Shown here: positions 19,397 to 30,630 of the stretch, piece by piece
Layout: the number at the start of each line of letters is the position of its first letter
Position numbering within the stretch: the stretch's first letter is position 1
Assembly: GCA_050251815.1 (NCBI GenBank)
Contig: JBFWMB010000006.1
Coordinates: 16,092 to 80,091, forward strand
DNA length: 64,000 bases
Direction: 5' to 3'
Source of the DNA: Salinivirgaceae bacterium
Lineage (GTDB): Bacteria > Bacteroidota > Bacteroidia > Bacteroidales > SZUA-534
The notes under the pieces: model-generated
What the model was told of the DNA's origin: nothing
Database searches by the model: none
Seen by the model: the letters and a program-made list of their open reading frames with translations, nothing else
Program-made: the position numbers and the translations under genes

Positions 19397-20203
19397 CTAT
19401 ATAAATGAATTTCGTAACTCGGTAATGTAATCTTTTATCTCTACTAATTTTTCTTCTTTCTTTCTACCCTCATGTGCATTATTTATCATATGCATAAGGT
19501 TTGCCAAAGATTGGTAAAGATCTTTAAACCCGTCGTCGTCTTTATAAGGACTCATAACCATAAGCAAGTCGTTTAATGAGGTGCGGTTCTGAATCATTTT
19601 CTCGTATATGGCTTGTTGGTTTTCGGCAAACTTAAGGGTGGCACTCATTAAATACATTCCTTCAACCCAACTTCCAGCAAGCGCATACAAAGCCACTTCA
19701 TTTTTATTGTTGTCCTCAAGGTTTTTATGCGTGTCGTATTGCGCATTTTTAATCAAAATCAAAAGGGAATCCTTATTGTCAAGGTTTGATTGAACACTTT
19801 GAAAGAATTCACGATTCAGGTTTGATATTTCAAGGTCTTCTACCAATTGCACAAAATTGTCGAGGTAAACAGCCGTTTCATCTTTTTTCTGATAAGTAAT
19901 GGTATATATTAAATCAGCCGCATAGATACCCAAATTTATGGATTTTTGCTTATAAGAAATATAGTTCGACACATTCTCGGCAGGGTTGGTAATGTCGAAC
20001 ACATAGCCGGCACCGGAATTGTTTAAAAATTCAATCATCTCGTACGATGAGGGCATCGGGTATTTCTCAATCATTTTAACCGCATCGTCAACTACCACAT
20101 CATCAAATCCTTGTTCAAGTTGTTTGCTTGACTTTTGATTGTTACATCCTGCAAATACAACAGCAAGAATTAAAATAACTAAATTAAGGTATCGGTTCAT
20201 CAT
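19397..20203 (-). CDS. Hypothetical lipoprotein
   Basis: ORF 19397..20227; ATG at 20203 gives MMNRYLNLVILILAVVFAGCNN with a lipobox. No family was recognised. Confidence 0.6.
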   Translation of the reverse strand: MMNRYLNLVILILAVVFAGCNNQKSSKQLEQGFDDVVVDDAVKMIEKYPMPSSYEMIEFLNNSGAGYVFDITNPAENVSNYISYKQKSINLGIYAADLIYTITYQKKDETAVYLDNFVQLVEDLEISNLNREFFQSVQSNLDNKDSLLILIKNAQYDTHKNLEDNNKNEVALYALAGSWVEGMYLMSATLKFAENQQAIYEKMIQNRTSLNDLLMVMSPYKDDDGFKDLYQSLANLMHMINNAHEGRKKEEKLVEIKDYITELRNSFI

Positions 20204-20445
20204 AATCGGGTTATTAAAAGATTTCAAGTAAATGTAAAAAAAATGTTTGATAAATGCATTACTCCAAATAAAAAAGCAAATTATTCAGAGCGAAGCCATA
20301 GCAAAAACCGCTCATAAAATACCTTATAAGCCACAAAAAACCCAAAACCTAAGGCTTTAAATTCTATTATAAGTCAATGAGAAAGCTACTCTTGGAATAA
20401 TTAACAAAAATTGTTGATAATAATTGTGGTTTAAAATATAAATTG

Positions 20446-20453
20446 TATTTTTG
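20446..20453 (+). promoter_or_regulatory. Candidate -7 box (TATTTTTG) for the rplM-rpsI operon
   Basis: The motif matches TAnnTTTG about 65 nt upstream of the GTG start. Only a partial -33 (ATTG) is present. Confidence 0.35.
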
Positions 20454-20517
20454 CAGACCACATTTGGGGAATAATATCTCGTTGTATTTATGTATTAATT
20501 AAAAAGTTAGGAGTAGC

Positions 20518-20973
20518 GTGGACACGTTAAGTTTTAAAACAAAATCGGCAAACAAGGCAACCGTTGAAAAGAAATGGGTTGTAATTGACGCAAACGAAGC
20601 TGTTTTGGGTCGCCTTGCCACAGGTGTTGCTTTCCTTTTAAGGGGTAAGCACAAAACCGATTTCACTCCTCACGTTGATGGTGGAGATTACGTTATTGTA
20701 ATCAATGCTGAAAAAGTTCAGTTAACCGGAAACAAATGGAGTGATAAAGAGTATGTTCGTCACACAGGACACCCTGGAGGACAACGCATTGAAACCGCTG
20801 CCGAGCTTATGGCCAAAAAGCCAATAGCTATGGTAGAAAAAGCTGTAAAAGGAATGTTGCCTAAGAACCGTTTAGGCCGTCAACTTTACAGGAATTTATA
20901 TGTATATGCAGGTGAAACGCATCCGCACGAAGCGCAAAAGCCTGAAAAAATCAGTTTAAATTCAATTAAATAG
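20518..20973 (+). CDS. rplM: 50S ribosomal protein L13
   Basis: The 151-aa ORF contains [18 protein letters not shown] and [10 protein letters not shown]. Confidence 0.97.
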   Translation: MDTLSFKTKSANKATVEKKWVVIDANEAVLGRLATGVAFLLRGKHKTDFTPHVDGGDYVIVINAEKVQLTGNKWSDKEYVRHTGHPGGQRIETAAELMAKKPIAMVEKAVKGMLPKNRLGRQLYRNLYVYAGETHPHEAQKPEKISLNSIK

Positions 20974-20978
20974 AAGAA

Positions 20979-21365
20979 ATGGAAGTGATTAACGCAGTTG
21001 GACGTAGAAAGTCTGCAATCGCACGCGTTTACTTGAGCGAAGGAACAGGTAAAATTACGGTAAACAACAAGGACTACAAAGAGTATTTTCCAACAGGAAC
21101 TTTACAGTACATTGTTTTACAACCACTTAACCTGCTCGAACTTGCTAACAAGTACGACGTAAAAGTGAACTTGGATGGCGGTGGTATTAAAGGACAAGCC
21201 GAAGCTTTGCGCTTAGGTATTACCCGGGCTTTACTTATCATTGATGAAGAAAGCCGCGGTAAACTTAAAGCAGCTGGATTTGTTACCCGCGACCCACGCG
21301 AAGTTGAGAGAAAAAAACCAGGACAGAAAAAAGCACGTAAGAAATTCCAGTTCAGTAAGCGTTAA
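20979..21365 (+). CDS. rpsI: 30S ribosomal protein S9
   Basis: The 128-aa ORF contains GRRKSAIARV and the C-terminal KKARKKFQFSKR. Confidence 0.97.
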   Translation: MEVINAVGRRKSAIARVYLSEGTGKITVNNKDYKEYFPTGTLQYIVLQPLNLLELANKYDVKVNLDGGGIKGQAEALRLGITRALLIIDEESRGKLKAAGFVTRDPREVERKKPGQKKARKKFQFSKR

Positions 21366-21514
21366 TAGCACTGCAGAATTTCGTTTAGTATCTAAATTGT
21401 TAAGATTTCTTGATACAAAATTCAAACGGGCACATATTATCCAGTTCGTTTGTTTTTTAAGAACTACTTAACGATTGCTTTTTCAAAGAATGTAAACGAG
21501 TTAAAAAAATTAAA

Positions 21515-22354
21515 ATGTCAAGAGTAAGTTTTCAAGAATTATTAGATGCCGGTGCTCATTTTGGACACCTCAAAAGAAAATGGAACCCAAACATGGCTCC
21601 CTATATTTTTATGGAGCGCAACGGGATTCACATTATCGATCTACAAAAAACAGTAGTAAAAATTGACGAGGCTGCCATGGCTATGAAGCAAATTGCCAAG
21701 TCTGGTCGTAAAATACTGTTCGTTGCTACCAAAAAGCAAGCAAAAGATATTGTTGCCGAAAAAGTAAGCAAAATTAACATGCCTTATGTAACTGAACGTT
21801 GGTCCGGTGGTATGTTAACCAACTTCCCCACTATCCGCAAAGCGGTTAAAAAAATGACATCCATCGACAAAATGGGACAAGACGGAACCATGAGCCATTT
21901 GTCGAAACGTGAAATACTACAAATTACCCGTCAACGGGCTAAGCTTGAAAAAAACTTGGGTAGCATTGCCGACCTTACCCGCTTACCAGCAGCTTTGTTT
22001 GTAGTTGATATTCAAAAAGAAAAAATTGCCATTGCTGAAGCACGCAGATTACAAATTCCCGTATTTGCAATGGTTGATACCAACTCAGACCCAAACCTGG
22101 TTGATTATGTTATTCCTTGTAACGACGATGCGGCAAAATCAATCCAACTTATTTTGGATACTTTAACAAAAGCCATCGAAGAAGGGTTGTCTGAACGTAA
22201 AGTAGAAAAAGATAAAGACGCTCCAGCTAAAGACAAAAAAGCTCCGAAGCGTGAAACCAAAACAACTGCCAAAAAATCGGCTGCTAAAAAAGAAACTACA
22301 GAAGTAGTTGAAGAGTCGAATGATGAAGTTGAAACAATAGATAACGAAGAATAA
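21515..22354 (+). CDS. rpsB: 30S ribosomal protein S2
   Basis: The 279-aa ORF contains LLDAGAHFGHLKRKWNPNM and a K/E-rich C-terminal tail. Confidence 0.97.
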   Translation: MSRVSFQELLDAGAHFGHLKRKWNPNMAPYIFMERNGIHIIDLQKTVVKIDEAAMAMKQIAKSGRKILFVATKKQAKDIVAEKVSKINMPYVTERWSGGMLTNFPTIRKAVKKMTSIDKMGQDGTMSHLSKREILQITRQRAKLEKNLGSIADLTRLPAALFVVDIQKEKIAIAEARRLQIPVFAMVDTNSDPNLVDYVIPCNDDAAKSIQLILDTLTKAIEEGLSERKVEKDKDAPAKDKKAPKRETKTTAKKSAAKKETTEVVEESNDEVETIDNEE

Positions 22355-22372
22355 TCATAAAAACATTATAAT

Positions 22373-23200
22373 ATGTCAATACAAGCAGCTGACGTAGCAA
22401 AATTAAGAAAAATGACTGGTGCCGGTATGATGGATTGCAAAAAAGCCCTTACCGAAGCTGATGGTGATTTTGACCGTGCAGTTCAAATTATCCGTGAAAG
22501 AGGACAGGCAATTGCAAATAAACGTGCCGACAGAGAAGCCACCGAAGGAGCCGTAATTGCTAAAGTATCGGCCGACGGAAAAAAAGGTGCGCTAATAGCC
22601 TTAAACTGTGAAACCGACTTTGTAGCAAAAAACGACGATTTTGTTGCTTTAGCACATAAAATCTGTGACTTGGCTTTAGCTAACTTACCCGAAAACCTTG
22701 AAGCACTTTTAGCTTTGGATTTTAACGGAACAACTCTGGCTGAAGCTGTAGTTGCACAAAGTGGTATTACCGGTGAAAAAATGGAAGTAGCCTTTTATGC
22801 TAAAGCTGAAGCAGAATATGTTGCATCATACATCCACATGGGTAACAAATTAGCCACACTTATTGGTTTTAACCAGGCTGGCTTTGATGCTCAAATTGGT
22901 AGAGATGTTGCCATGCAAGCTGCTGCAATGGCTCCTGTTTCTATCAGCGAAAACGATGTGCCAGCAGAAGTAATTGAAGAAGAACTGAAAATTGCTAAAG
23001 AAAAAGCACGCTTAGAAGGCAAAGCAGAAGATATGCTTGATAAAATTGCTCAGGGTCGCTTGCAAAAATTCTTCAAAGAGAGTACACTGCTTAACCAGGC
23101 ATCAGTAAAAGATAACAAAAGCTCCATTGCTCAAATACTGTCAGGCACTAGTAAAGGCCTTACTGTTGTTGCCATGGAGCGTTATGCCTTAAAATCATAA
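22373..23200 (+). CDS. tsf: Translation elongation factor Ts
   Basis: The 275-aa ORF contains VAKLRKMTGAGMMDCKKAL and NCETDFVAKN. Confidence 0.97.
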   Translation: MSIQAADVAKLRKMTGAGMMDCKKALTEADGDFDRAVQIIRERGQAIANKRADREATEGAVIAKVSADGKKGALIALNCETDFVAKNDDFVALAHKICDLALANLPENLEALLALDFNGTTLAEAVVAQSGITGEKMEVAFYAKAEAEYVASYIHMGNKLATLIGFNQAGFDAQIGRDVAMQAAAMAPVSISENDVPAEVIEEELKIAKEKARLEGKAEDMLDKIAQGRLQKFFKESTLLNQASVKDNKSSIAQILSGTSKGLTVVAMERYALKS

Positions 23201-23221
23201 CAATCTTTATAATTCAAAAAA

Positions 23222-23249
23222 AGAGTCCTTTCAGGGCTCTTTTTTTTTG
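23222..23249 (+). terminator. Terminator after tsf
   Basis: An AGAGTCC/GGGCTCT stem (one G-U pair) is followed by a T9 run. Confidence 0.7.
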
Positions 23250-23355
23250 CCAAATATTTTATTTTTATTGACAAAGAGAGATAAAAAAAGAAATTCCTTT
23301 ATCAATAAAATGGATACATTGTATTATATTCGACTAAAAATTTAAAAACAACCTT

Positions 23356-24066
23356 ATGTTAAAATACAAACGGGTTTTGTTAAAATTGAGCGGTGAAGCC
23401 TTGATGGGAAGCCAATCACATGGTATCGATCCCAATCAATTGAAAACCTACGCCCAACAAATTAAAACCATCGTTGCTAAAGGAGCGCAAGTAGGAATTG
23501 TTATTGGTGGTGGAAATATATTCAGAGGTTTAAGCGGTGCTGCTCAAGGTTTTGACCGGATTAATGGCGATTACATGGGAATGCTTGCTACGGTTGTAAA
23601 TTGCCTGGCGCTTCAATCGGCCCTCGAAAGCATACAATGTAAAGCAACTGTTCTTACAGCCATAAGAATGGAACCTATTGCTGAATTTTACAGCAAACAA
23701 AAAACCCGTTCGCTACTTGATGAAGGACAAGTGGTAATTTTCTCAGCTGGTACCGGAAACCCCTATTTTACAACCGACACAGCATCGGCATTGCGGGCCA
23801 TTGAAATGCAAGCCGAAGTAATGCTCAAAGGAACCCGGGTTGATGGCGTGTACACCGCCGATCCCGAAAAAGATCCCAAAGCCATAAAATACCAAACATT
23901 GACTTATGACGAAGCTTATCAAAAAAACCTTAAGGTAATGGATCTTACCTCGTTTACTATGTGCAAGGAAAACAACATGCCGATTATTGTATTCGACATG
24001 AATACCGACGGCAACCTTGAAAAAGTAGTTGTAGGCGAACCTATTGGAACTTTAGTGAGTAATTAA
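23356..24066 (+). CDS. pyrH: UMP kinase
   Basis: The 236-aa ORF contains RVLLKLSGEAL, GGGNIFRG and FSAGTGNPYFTTD. Confidence 0.97.
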   Translation: MLKYKRVLLKLSGEALMGSQSHGIDPNQLKTYAQQIKTIVAKGAQVGIVIGGGNIFRGLSGAAQGFDRINGDYMGMLATVVNCLALQSALESIQCKATVLTAIRMEPIAEFYSKQKTRSLLDEGQVVIFSAGTGNPYFTTDTASALRAIEMQAEVMLKGTRVDGVYTADPEKDPKAIKYQTLTYDEAYQKNLKVMDLTSFTMCKENNMPIIVFDMNTDGNLEKVVVGEPIGTLVSN

Positions 24067-24102
24067 TTATATTTTTACCTTGAAACTTTAAACGGAATCC
24101 TT

Positions 24103-24666
24103 ATGACAGAAGATATTCAAATGGTAATAGATCTTACCGAAGAATCCATGTCCAAAGCAATGGAGCACCTCGACGAAACACTGATTCACATCAGGGCTGG
24201 AAAAGCTGATCCACGTATGCTTGAAGGACTTACGGTTGATTATTATGGTTCACAAACAGTTATCACCCAGGTGGCCAACATTAACACACCCGACGCCCGT
24301 ACCATTAAAATTCAACCCTGGGAAAGAAACATGATTGATCCCATTGAAAAAGCTATCATGTATGCCAATCTGGGTTTTAACCCAACCAACAATGGGGAAG
24401 CTATTTTGATTAATGTTCCGCCGCTTACCGAAGAACGGCGCAGGGATTTGGTTAAACAAGCCCGCCACGAAGGTGAAAACACCAAAGTGAGTATTCGGAA
24501 TGCACGTAAAGATGCCAACGACCAATTAAAAAAAATGCTTAAAGATGGACTGGCTGAAGACCTGGAAAAAGATGCTGCAGCTAAGGTACAAAAGATGACC
24601 GATGACTACACCAAAAAAGTAGAAGAACGCATCAAACTAAAAGAAGATGACATCATGAAAATATAA
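24103..24666 (+). CDS. frr: Ribosome recycling factor
   Basis: The 187-aa ORF contains IRAGKADPRML, PLTEERRRDLVK and VSIRNARKDAND. Confidence 0.97.
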   Translation: MTEDIQMVIDLTEESMSKAMEHLDETLIHIRAGKADPRMLEGLTVDYYGSQTVITQVANINTPDARTIKIQPWERNMIDPIEKAIMYANLGFNPTNNGEAILINVPPLTEERRRDLVKQARHEGENTKVSIRNARKDANDQLKKMLKDGLAEDLEKDAAAKVQKMTDDYTKKVEERIKLKEDDIMKI

Positions 24667-24669
24667 AAT

Positions 24670-24692
24670 CCGCCTTAGGGCGGTTTTTTTTT
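24670..24692 (+). terminator. Terminator after frr
   Basis: A CCGCC-TTAG-GGCGG hairpin is followed by a T9 run. Confidence 0.75.
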
Positions 24693-24739
24693 AATGCAAT
24701 GCAACTGATAATTAGTATATTTAAAAACTTTTTTTTCGG

Positions 24740-26911
24740 ATGCTTCGATTTATTATATACCTGCTTCTAATGCTTCTGATGTGGCACCCTGAGGTTAACG
24801 CCCAATTGTCGGGCGATAGCATTAAAAACTTATTGCCTACCATAAAGAACGATTCTGTTTATGTCGATTTACTCAACCAGTTGTCAAAAATCTATCGGTA
24901 CAATGAACCCACCGAATCGATTGATTTTGCCGTTAAAGCAGAAAAAATTGCACAAAACTGCAATTACCAGGAAGGGCTAGCCAATGCTTATCATAATCTG
25001 GGTGCTTTGTATGCCGATAAAGAACGAAACGAGCTGGCTCTAGAATATTACAACAAAAGCCTGAAAATTCAGCGAATTTTTAACAATCAACAAGCCATGT
25101 CGCATCTGTACGACAACATGGGCTTAATTTACCGCCGCCTTTTAAAATACGATTTGGCCCTTGAATATCATAACCTGAGCCTGGTTATTAAACAAAAACT
25201 TGGCGACACCATCGGAATTTCTTATTCCTATGGCAATATAGGCCTTATTTTTTCTGAACAGGGAAAATATGATAAAGCACTTATCCATTTTTACAACAGT
25301 CTTCGGTTAAAAGAATCGCTAAAAGACAAATACGGAATGGCCAATTCGTATGGTAACATTGGCGTTATTTATTTAAAGATTAAAAGCTATGACCAGGCTT
25401 TAGCAAACCTGGAACGAAGTCTGGCCCTATTTGAAGAGGTTAAAAACAACACGGGAATAGCCGAATCGCTTTTATACCTGAGCGATATTTATACACAGCA
25501 GGGCCAGCTTCCCAAAGCCATTGAATCGTTAAATCGTTGCGTGTCTATCTATCAGGCTAAGGGAAACATGAAGGGGCTGGCCGATTCGTACCTGAAACTT
25601 GGAAAAGTTTACATACAAAAAAAACAAGGCCACATTGCACACGATTTTTACCTGAAAAGTCTTGAATTATATCAAAACCTGAATCACCAACCGGGAGTTG
25701 TTGAAACAAAGATTGCTCTTTCAGATTATTACTTTAACCAAAACGATTATGAAACCGCCAAGCTTCACTTGCTATCAGCTTTAAAGATAGCAAATCACCT
25801 GGGGCTCAAAGAATTTGAACTGGAAGCACTAAAAATTCTAATTCAGATTTATTATAACGAAGAAAACTATTATAAAACAACCGATTTGCTGTTTAAAGCC
25901 GCTGAACTCTCAGACTCTTTGAATGCCAAGCGCCGTGAAAAGGAAATTGCACAAATTCAAATGCAAAACGAATTCGACAAAAAACTTTTAACCCGCGAAT
26001 TTGAAAACAATCGGATTACTTTTGAAGCAGAACAGCGAATAAAGCAATATAAACTAATACGAAACTTATTAATCGTCGGGTTAATTGTTCTTTTGGTGCT
26101 CCTGATAATTATCTGGAGAAAGTCGTACAAAACGGCCAGGCAAAACAAAAAACTTGACCTGCAGCAACAACAAATCACAGATCAACTGGTTACTCTGGAG
26201 GCTCAAAAAAAGGCATTATCGTTGGCCAACGAAACAAAAAATAAATTTCTTACCATTATTGGTCACGATTTGCGGTATCCATTTAATGCTATTATCAGTT
26301 TTGTGTCGCTTATTACCGATAGTAAGAGCCAGCCCAACCCGCAACAAATGAAAAAATACCTGTTATTAATTAAAGAGTCGGGGACCAATGCGCAAAGTTT
26401 GCTCGAAAATCTGCTTGAGTGGGCAAGAAATCAAAGTGGAGAATTAAAGGCAAAAAAGGAAAAAGTGTCACTTAATTACATTATCAGGGGCAATATATTA
26501 CTAATAAAAGAACAGGCTGAACAAAAGCAACTTAGAATTATTGAAGACTTAGAAGAGAGTAACCTCCAGGTTGTTATTGATAAAAACATGATTAACACCG
26601 TATTGCGAAACCTGCTTTCAAATGCCATTAAATTTAACAAACCTGAAGGTTCTGTGGTAATTAAAACCACCCGTTTCGAAAACGAAGTCAAGGTTACCAT
26701 CCGTGACACAGGAATTGGAATATCTGCTGAACAACTGAGCCGACTTTTTGAACCCAATTCAATTCATCAGAAGCCATACGTTGCAGGAACTACCGGATTG
26801 GGACTGATTTTATGCAAAGAGTTTTTAGCAAACCATCAACAGGAATTACGAGTGGAAAGTACGCTCAACGAAGGTTCTTCGTTTTGGTTTTATCTGCCAT
26901 TAAGTAAATAA
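24740..26911 (+). CDS. TPR-repeat sensor histidine kinase (orphan, no adjacent receiver)
   Basis: The 723-aa ORF has a signal peptide, roughly 8 TPR-like repeats and a TM helix (LLIVGLIVLLVLLIIIW). Kinase motifs: H-box GHDLRYP, N-box LSNAIKF, G1 DTGIGI, G2 GTTGLGL. Confidence 0.88.
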   Translation: MLRFIIYLLLMLLMWHPEVNAQLSGDSIKNLLPTIKNDSVYVDLLNQLSKIYRYNEPTESIDFAVKAEKIAQNCNYQEGLANAYHNLGALYADKERNELALEYYNKSLKIQRIFNNQQAMSHLYDNMGLIYRRLLKYDLALEYHNLSLVIKQKLGDTIGISYSYGNIGLIFSEQGKYDKALIHFYNSLRLKESLKDKYGMANSYGNIGVIYLKIKSYDQALANLERSLALFEEVKNNTGIAESLLYLSDIYTQQGQLPKAIESLNRCVSIYQAKGNMKGLADSYLKLGKVYIQKKQGHIAHDFYLKSLELYQNLNHQPGVVETKIALSDYYFNQNDYETAKLHLLSALKIANHLGLKEFELEALKILIQIYYNEENYYKTTDLLFKAAELSDSLNAKRREKEIAQIQMQNEFDKKLLTREFENNRITFEAEQRIKQYKLIRNLLIVGLIVLLVLLIIIWRKSYKTARQNKKLDLQQQQITDQLVTLEAQKKALSLANETKNKFLTIIGHDLRYPFNAIISFVSLITDSKSQPNPQQMKKYLLLIKESGTNAQSLLENLLEWARNQSGELKAKKEKVSLNYIIRGNILLIKEQAEQKQLRIIEDLEESNLQVVIDKNMINTVLRNLLSNAIKFNKPEGSVVIKTTRFENEVKVTIRDTGIGISAEQLSRLFEPNSIHQKPYVAGTTGLGLILCKEFLANHQQELRVESTLNEGSSFWFYLPLSK

Positions 26912-26983
26912 TGGACAATTCTTTTAGAAAATCATTAAAAGGGTTCCCACAATCATTCAATAAAAAAACAAAAAACAAATCAA

Positions 26984-27715
26984 ATGAAAGATATTAAAGG
27001 ACTTATTGCCTTCCTAATTCTGGTTCTGCTTATTTATGTTATTTACGACAAAAAAAAGACTGAAAACCAGGAAAAAGCCGCAACGGATAATCAGCCCAGA
27101 ATAGAAGTAAAAAAACGGTTCGACGAAAAAGGAAGGCTCGAAGCCGATGCTGAAACTTTAAACGGAGTCCATCACGGGATTGCACACAATTACTATTCCG
27201 ATGGAACAGTTCACAGCGAAATACATTACCTCAATGGGATGAAACAAGGAAACAGCACCTGGTATTATCAAAGCGGCAAAAAATATCGGGTTACTCCCTA
27301 TTTAAACAATAACCGAAACGGGATTCAACAAAAGTTTTACGAAAACGGAATTCTTATGGCAGAGATACCTTTCAAAAATGACACCCTACAGCCCGGCACC
27401 AAGGAGTTTACTGCTAATGGAAAACCAATTATTGATTATCCTGATTATTCCATCCGGGCTGAACAATACGCTCAAAACCACAATCTTATACTTTTCATCA
27501 TCTCGGGTAATAAAATAAAACAGCTAAGACAACTCACGGTATTTAACGGAACAACAACCTACCATGTTAAAAAACCAAATCATATAAACGCCAATGAAGC
27601 GCATTATTTGGTTGAAGTGGACAAGAGTTACACCACACTGGATTTTGTGTGTTGGATTGCCTTTAAAACCGATTTAAACAACCTTAAAATTACAGAACAA
27701 ATCACATCGCTGTAA
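26984..27715 (+). CDS. MORN-variant repeat protein (YwqK-like), membrane-anchored
   Basis: The 243-aa ORF has an N-terminal TM helix. It carries repeated G-x-x-H/Q-G-x-x-x-x-Y-Y-x-x-G motifs (NGVHHGIAHNYYSDG, NGMKQGNSTWYYQSG, NGIQQKFYENG). Confidence 0.6.
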   Translation: MKDIKGLIAFLILVLLIYVIYDKKKTENQEKAATDNQPRIEVKKRFDEKGRLEADAETLNGVHHGIAHNYYSDGTVHSEIHYLNGMKQGNSTWYYQSGKKYRVTPYLNNNRNGIQQKFYENGILMAEIPFKNDTLQPGTKEFTANGKPIIDYPDYSIRAEQYAQNHNLILFIISGNKIKQLRQLTVFNGTTTYHVKKPNHINANEAHYLVEVDKSYTTLDFVCWIAFKTDLNNLKITEQITSL

Positions 27716-27753
27716 ATCGAAGAAAAGCTAAAACACATTACTTGATAATGAAC

Positions 27754-27788
27754 ATAAAAAAAACCCGTCGGAATAAAACCAACGGGTT
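27754..27788 (-). terminator. Terminator after sdhB
   Basis: On the minus strand, an AACCCGTTGG/CCGACGGGTT stem is followed by a T8 run. Confidence 0.7.
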
Positions 27789-27807
27789 CTGCTTTATAAA
27801 AATGTTG

Positions 27808-28569
27808 CTATTCTGCGATTTTTGCTTTAAGGTATTCGCGGTTTAAGGTAGCAATGTTAGCAATAGAAATTCCTTTCGGACATTCTACTTCACAAGCTCC
27901 TGTATTAGAACAATTACCAAAACCCAATTCGTCCATTTTTGCAACCATGGCACGAGCCCGGCGGGCAGCTTCAACTTTACCCTGCGGAAGGCGGGCAAGA
28001 TGCGATACTTTTGCCGACACAAAAAGCATGGCCGATGAGTTCTTACAGGTTGCCACACAGGCGCCACAACCAATACACGAAGCAGCATCCATAGCCGCTT
28101 CGGCATCGTCGTAGCTAATAGGAATAGAGTTTCCATCGGGAACACCTCCAGTATTTACCGAAACAAAACCACCGGCATGTAATATTTTCTCAAAGGCTGA
28201 ACGATCAACCATCAAATCTTTTATTACCGGAAACGATGCTGCACGGAAAGGTTCAACGGTAATGGTTTCTCCCTCTTTAAACTTGCGCATGTGTAACTGG
28301 CAAGTTGTAATATCATCGTCGGGACCATGAGCCCGTCCATTGATAAACAAGCTACACGTTCCACAAATGCCTTCGCGACAATCGTGATCGAATACAATAG
28401 GCGCCTTTCCTTCTTCAACCAATTGATAATTTAAAATATCGAGCATTTCAAGGAAGGACGTGTCGGTTGATATGTTGTTAACGGTAAAAGTTTCAAACCG
28501 TCCTTTATCGCTGGCGTTTTTTTGTCTCCAGACTTTTACTTTTATTTCTTTTAATATTTTTTCGCTCAT
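27808..28569 (-). CDS. sdhB: Succinate dehydrogenase/fumarate reductase iron-sulfur subunit
   Basis: The 253-aa ORF has the expected Cys clusters: [21 protein letters not shown] and [12 protein letters not shown]. Confidence 0.95.
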   Translation of the reverse strand: MSEKILKEIKVKVWRQKNASDKGRFETFTVNNISTDTSFLEMLDILNYQLVEEGKAPIVFDHDCREGICGTCSLFINGRAHGPDDDITTCQLHMRKFKEGETITVEPFRAASFPVIKDLMVDRSAFEKILHAGGFVSVNTGGVPDGNSIPISYDDAEAAMDAASCIGCGACVATCKNSSAMLFVSAKVSHLARLPQGKVEAARRARAMVAKMDELGFGNCSNTGACEVECPKGISIANIATLNREYLKAKIAE

Positions 28570-28632
28570 CTTAGTAAAATTTTAATGTGTTATTGAGGAA
28601 ACGGGAAAGCCCCTTCTTCCAACAACCCGATG

Positions 28633-30573
28633 TTATTTATAGCTTCGCTGAGTTAATTCTACGTTTTCAAAAACCAGCTTTTCTTTATGCATTACCGGCT
28701 CCTGATTTTCACCCCTATACTCCCAGGCTGAAACATAAGTTCCAATCTCGTCATTTCTTTGGGCTTCGCCTTCTTCGCTAACACTTTCTTCACGGAAGTG
28801 TCCTCCACAGGACTCATTACGAGCCAGCGCATCACGCGCCATAACATCGGCCAATTCAATAAAATCGGCTACTCGTCCGGCTTTTTCCAATTCCTGATTT
28901 ACTTCGTTTTGTTCGCCCGGAACCAGTAAGTCTTTCCAGAATTCGGTTTTTACATCAGCGATTAATTCTATGGCTTTTTTCAAACCGGCCTCATTTCGGC
29001 TCATTCCCACATAATCCCACATAATTTTTCCCAATTTTTTATGGAAGTAATCGGCAGGTTTTGTTCCTTTAATGGCCATTAATTTATTTAAGCGGTCAAC
29101 AACTGTTTTTTCAGCTTCAGCAAATTCCGGAGCATTGGTATCAGTTTTGGGAACCTGAATTTCGTCGGCCAGGTAATTTCCTATGGTATAGGGAAGCACA
29201 AAATAACCGTCGGCAAGTCCTTGCATTAGTGCTGAAGCACCCAAACGGTTTGCTCCGTGGTCACTAAAATTGGCTTCACCAATTGCATACAAGCCCGGGA
29301 TGTTTGTCATCAAATTATAATCGACCCAGGTACCTCCCATACTGTAGTGAATAGCCGGATATATCATCATGGGTTCTTTGTAAGGATCGGCATCAGTAAT
29401 TTTCTCATACATCTGAAATAAGTTTCCGTAGCGTGCCTCTATCACATCTCTACCCAAGCGTTCAATGGCGTATTTAAAATCGAGGTAAACAGCCAAGCCG
29501 GTATTATTCACGCCAAAACCTGCATCGCAGCGTTCTTTGGCTGCTCTGGATGCCACATCTCGAGGCACCAGGTTTCCATAAGACGGATAGCGTCGTTCCA
29601 GATAAAAATCGCGATCTTCTTCAGGAATGTCATTGGCTTTGATTAGCCCTTTTTGTAATTTTTCTGCATCTTCTTTCTTCTTGGGCACCCAAATTCTTCC
29701 ATCGTTTCGTAACGACTCCGACATCAGGGTCAATTTCGATTGTTGATCGCCATGAACCGGAATACAAGTTGGGTGTATCTGCACAAAACACGGATTACTC
29801 ATAAAAGCACCACGTTTGTATACTTGCCAGGCAGCTCCGGCGTTACAACCCATAGCGTTGGTCGAAAGAAAAAATACATTGCCGTAACCTCCGGATGCAA
29901 TAACAACAGCATGGGCACCATACCGCTTAATTTCACCACTTACCATGTCGCGGGCAATAATTCCACGGGCTTTTCCATCAATTTTAACCAGGTCGAGCAT
30001 TTCGTGGCGTGGAAACATTTGAACAGTTCCCTTACCAATTTGACGGTTTAAAGCACTGTATGCGCCTATCAATAATTGCTGACCGGTTTGACCCCGGGCA
30101 TAAAATGTACGCGAAACCAACACTCCTCCAAAAGAGCGGTTGGCCAGGTTACCACCATACTCACGGGCAAACGGAACTCCTTGTGCAACACACTGGTCAA
30201 TAATACTTCCTGAAACTTCAGCCAGGCGATATACATTGGCTTCGCGGGCCCGATAATCGCCTCCTTTAATCGTATCATAGAATAAGCGATAAACGCTGTC
30301 GTTATCGTTTTGATAATTTTTTGAAGCATTAATACCTCCTTGGGCTGCAATTGAGTGTGCACGACGAGGGCTGTCCTGATAACAAAAAGCTTTTACCTGG
30401 TAACCCAGTTCAGCAAGGCTGGCTGCGGCACTTGCGCCGGCTAATCCAGTACCTACAACAATTACTTCAAGTTTTCGTTTATTGGCTGGACTTACTACTT
30501 TAATTTTTTGTTTGTGCTTTGACCACTTTTCGGCCAAAGGTCCTTCGGGTATATGTGAATTTAAAACTGTCAT
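28633..30573 (-). CDS. sdhA: Succinate dehydrogenase/fumarate reductase flavoprotein subunit
   Basis: The 646-aa ORF contains [12 protein letters not shown] (FAD dinucleotide fold), [11 protein letters not shown] (FAD-linking His) and RLGASAL. Confidence 0.95.
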   Translation of the reverse strand: MTVLNSHIPEGPLAEKWSKHKQKIKVVSPANKRKLEVIVVGTGLAGASAAASLAELGYQVKAFCYQDSPRRAHSIAAQGGINASKNYQNDNDSVYRLFYDTIKGGDYRAREANVYRLAEVSGSIIDQCVAQGVPFAREYGGNLANRSFGGVLVSRTFYARGQTGQQLLIGAYSALNRQIGKGTVQMFPRHEMLDLVKIDGKARGIIARDMVSGEIKRYGAHAVVIASGGYGNVFFLSTNAMGCNAGAAWQVYKRGAFMSNPCFVQIHPTCIPVHGDQQSKLTLMSESLRNDGRIWVPKKKEDAEKLQKGLIKANDIPEEDRDFYLERRYPSYGNLVPRDVASRAAKERCDAGFGVNNTGLAVYLDFKYAIERLGRDVIEARYGNLFQMYEKITDADPYKEPMMIYPAIHYSMGGTWVDYNLMTNIPGLYAIGEANFSDHGANRLGASALMQGLADGYFVLPYTIGNYLADEIQVPKTDTNAPEFAEAEKTVVDRLNKLMAIKGTKPADYFHKKLGKIMWDYVGMSRNEAGLKKAIELIADVKTEFWKDLLVPGEQNEVNQELEKAGRVADFIELADVMARDALARNESCGGHFREESVSEEGEAQRNDEIGTYVSAWEYRGENQEPVMHKEKLVFENVELTQRSYK

Positions 30574-30630
30574 TTTAGTATGGTTTTTAAATAATCGTTT
30601 GTATAAAAGGTCTATTTAAAAGTCTCACAT

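Noticed and set aside
26984-27715. YwqK/MORN-repeat protein as the antitoxin of a toxin-antitoxin pair
   Set aside because: No adjacent toxin-like ORF exists. The neighbours are a histidine kinase and the convergent sdhB. The protein has an N-terminal membrane anchor. The family name alone does not support a TA system here.
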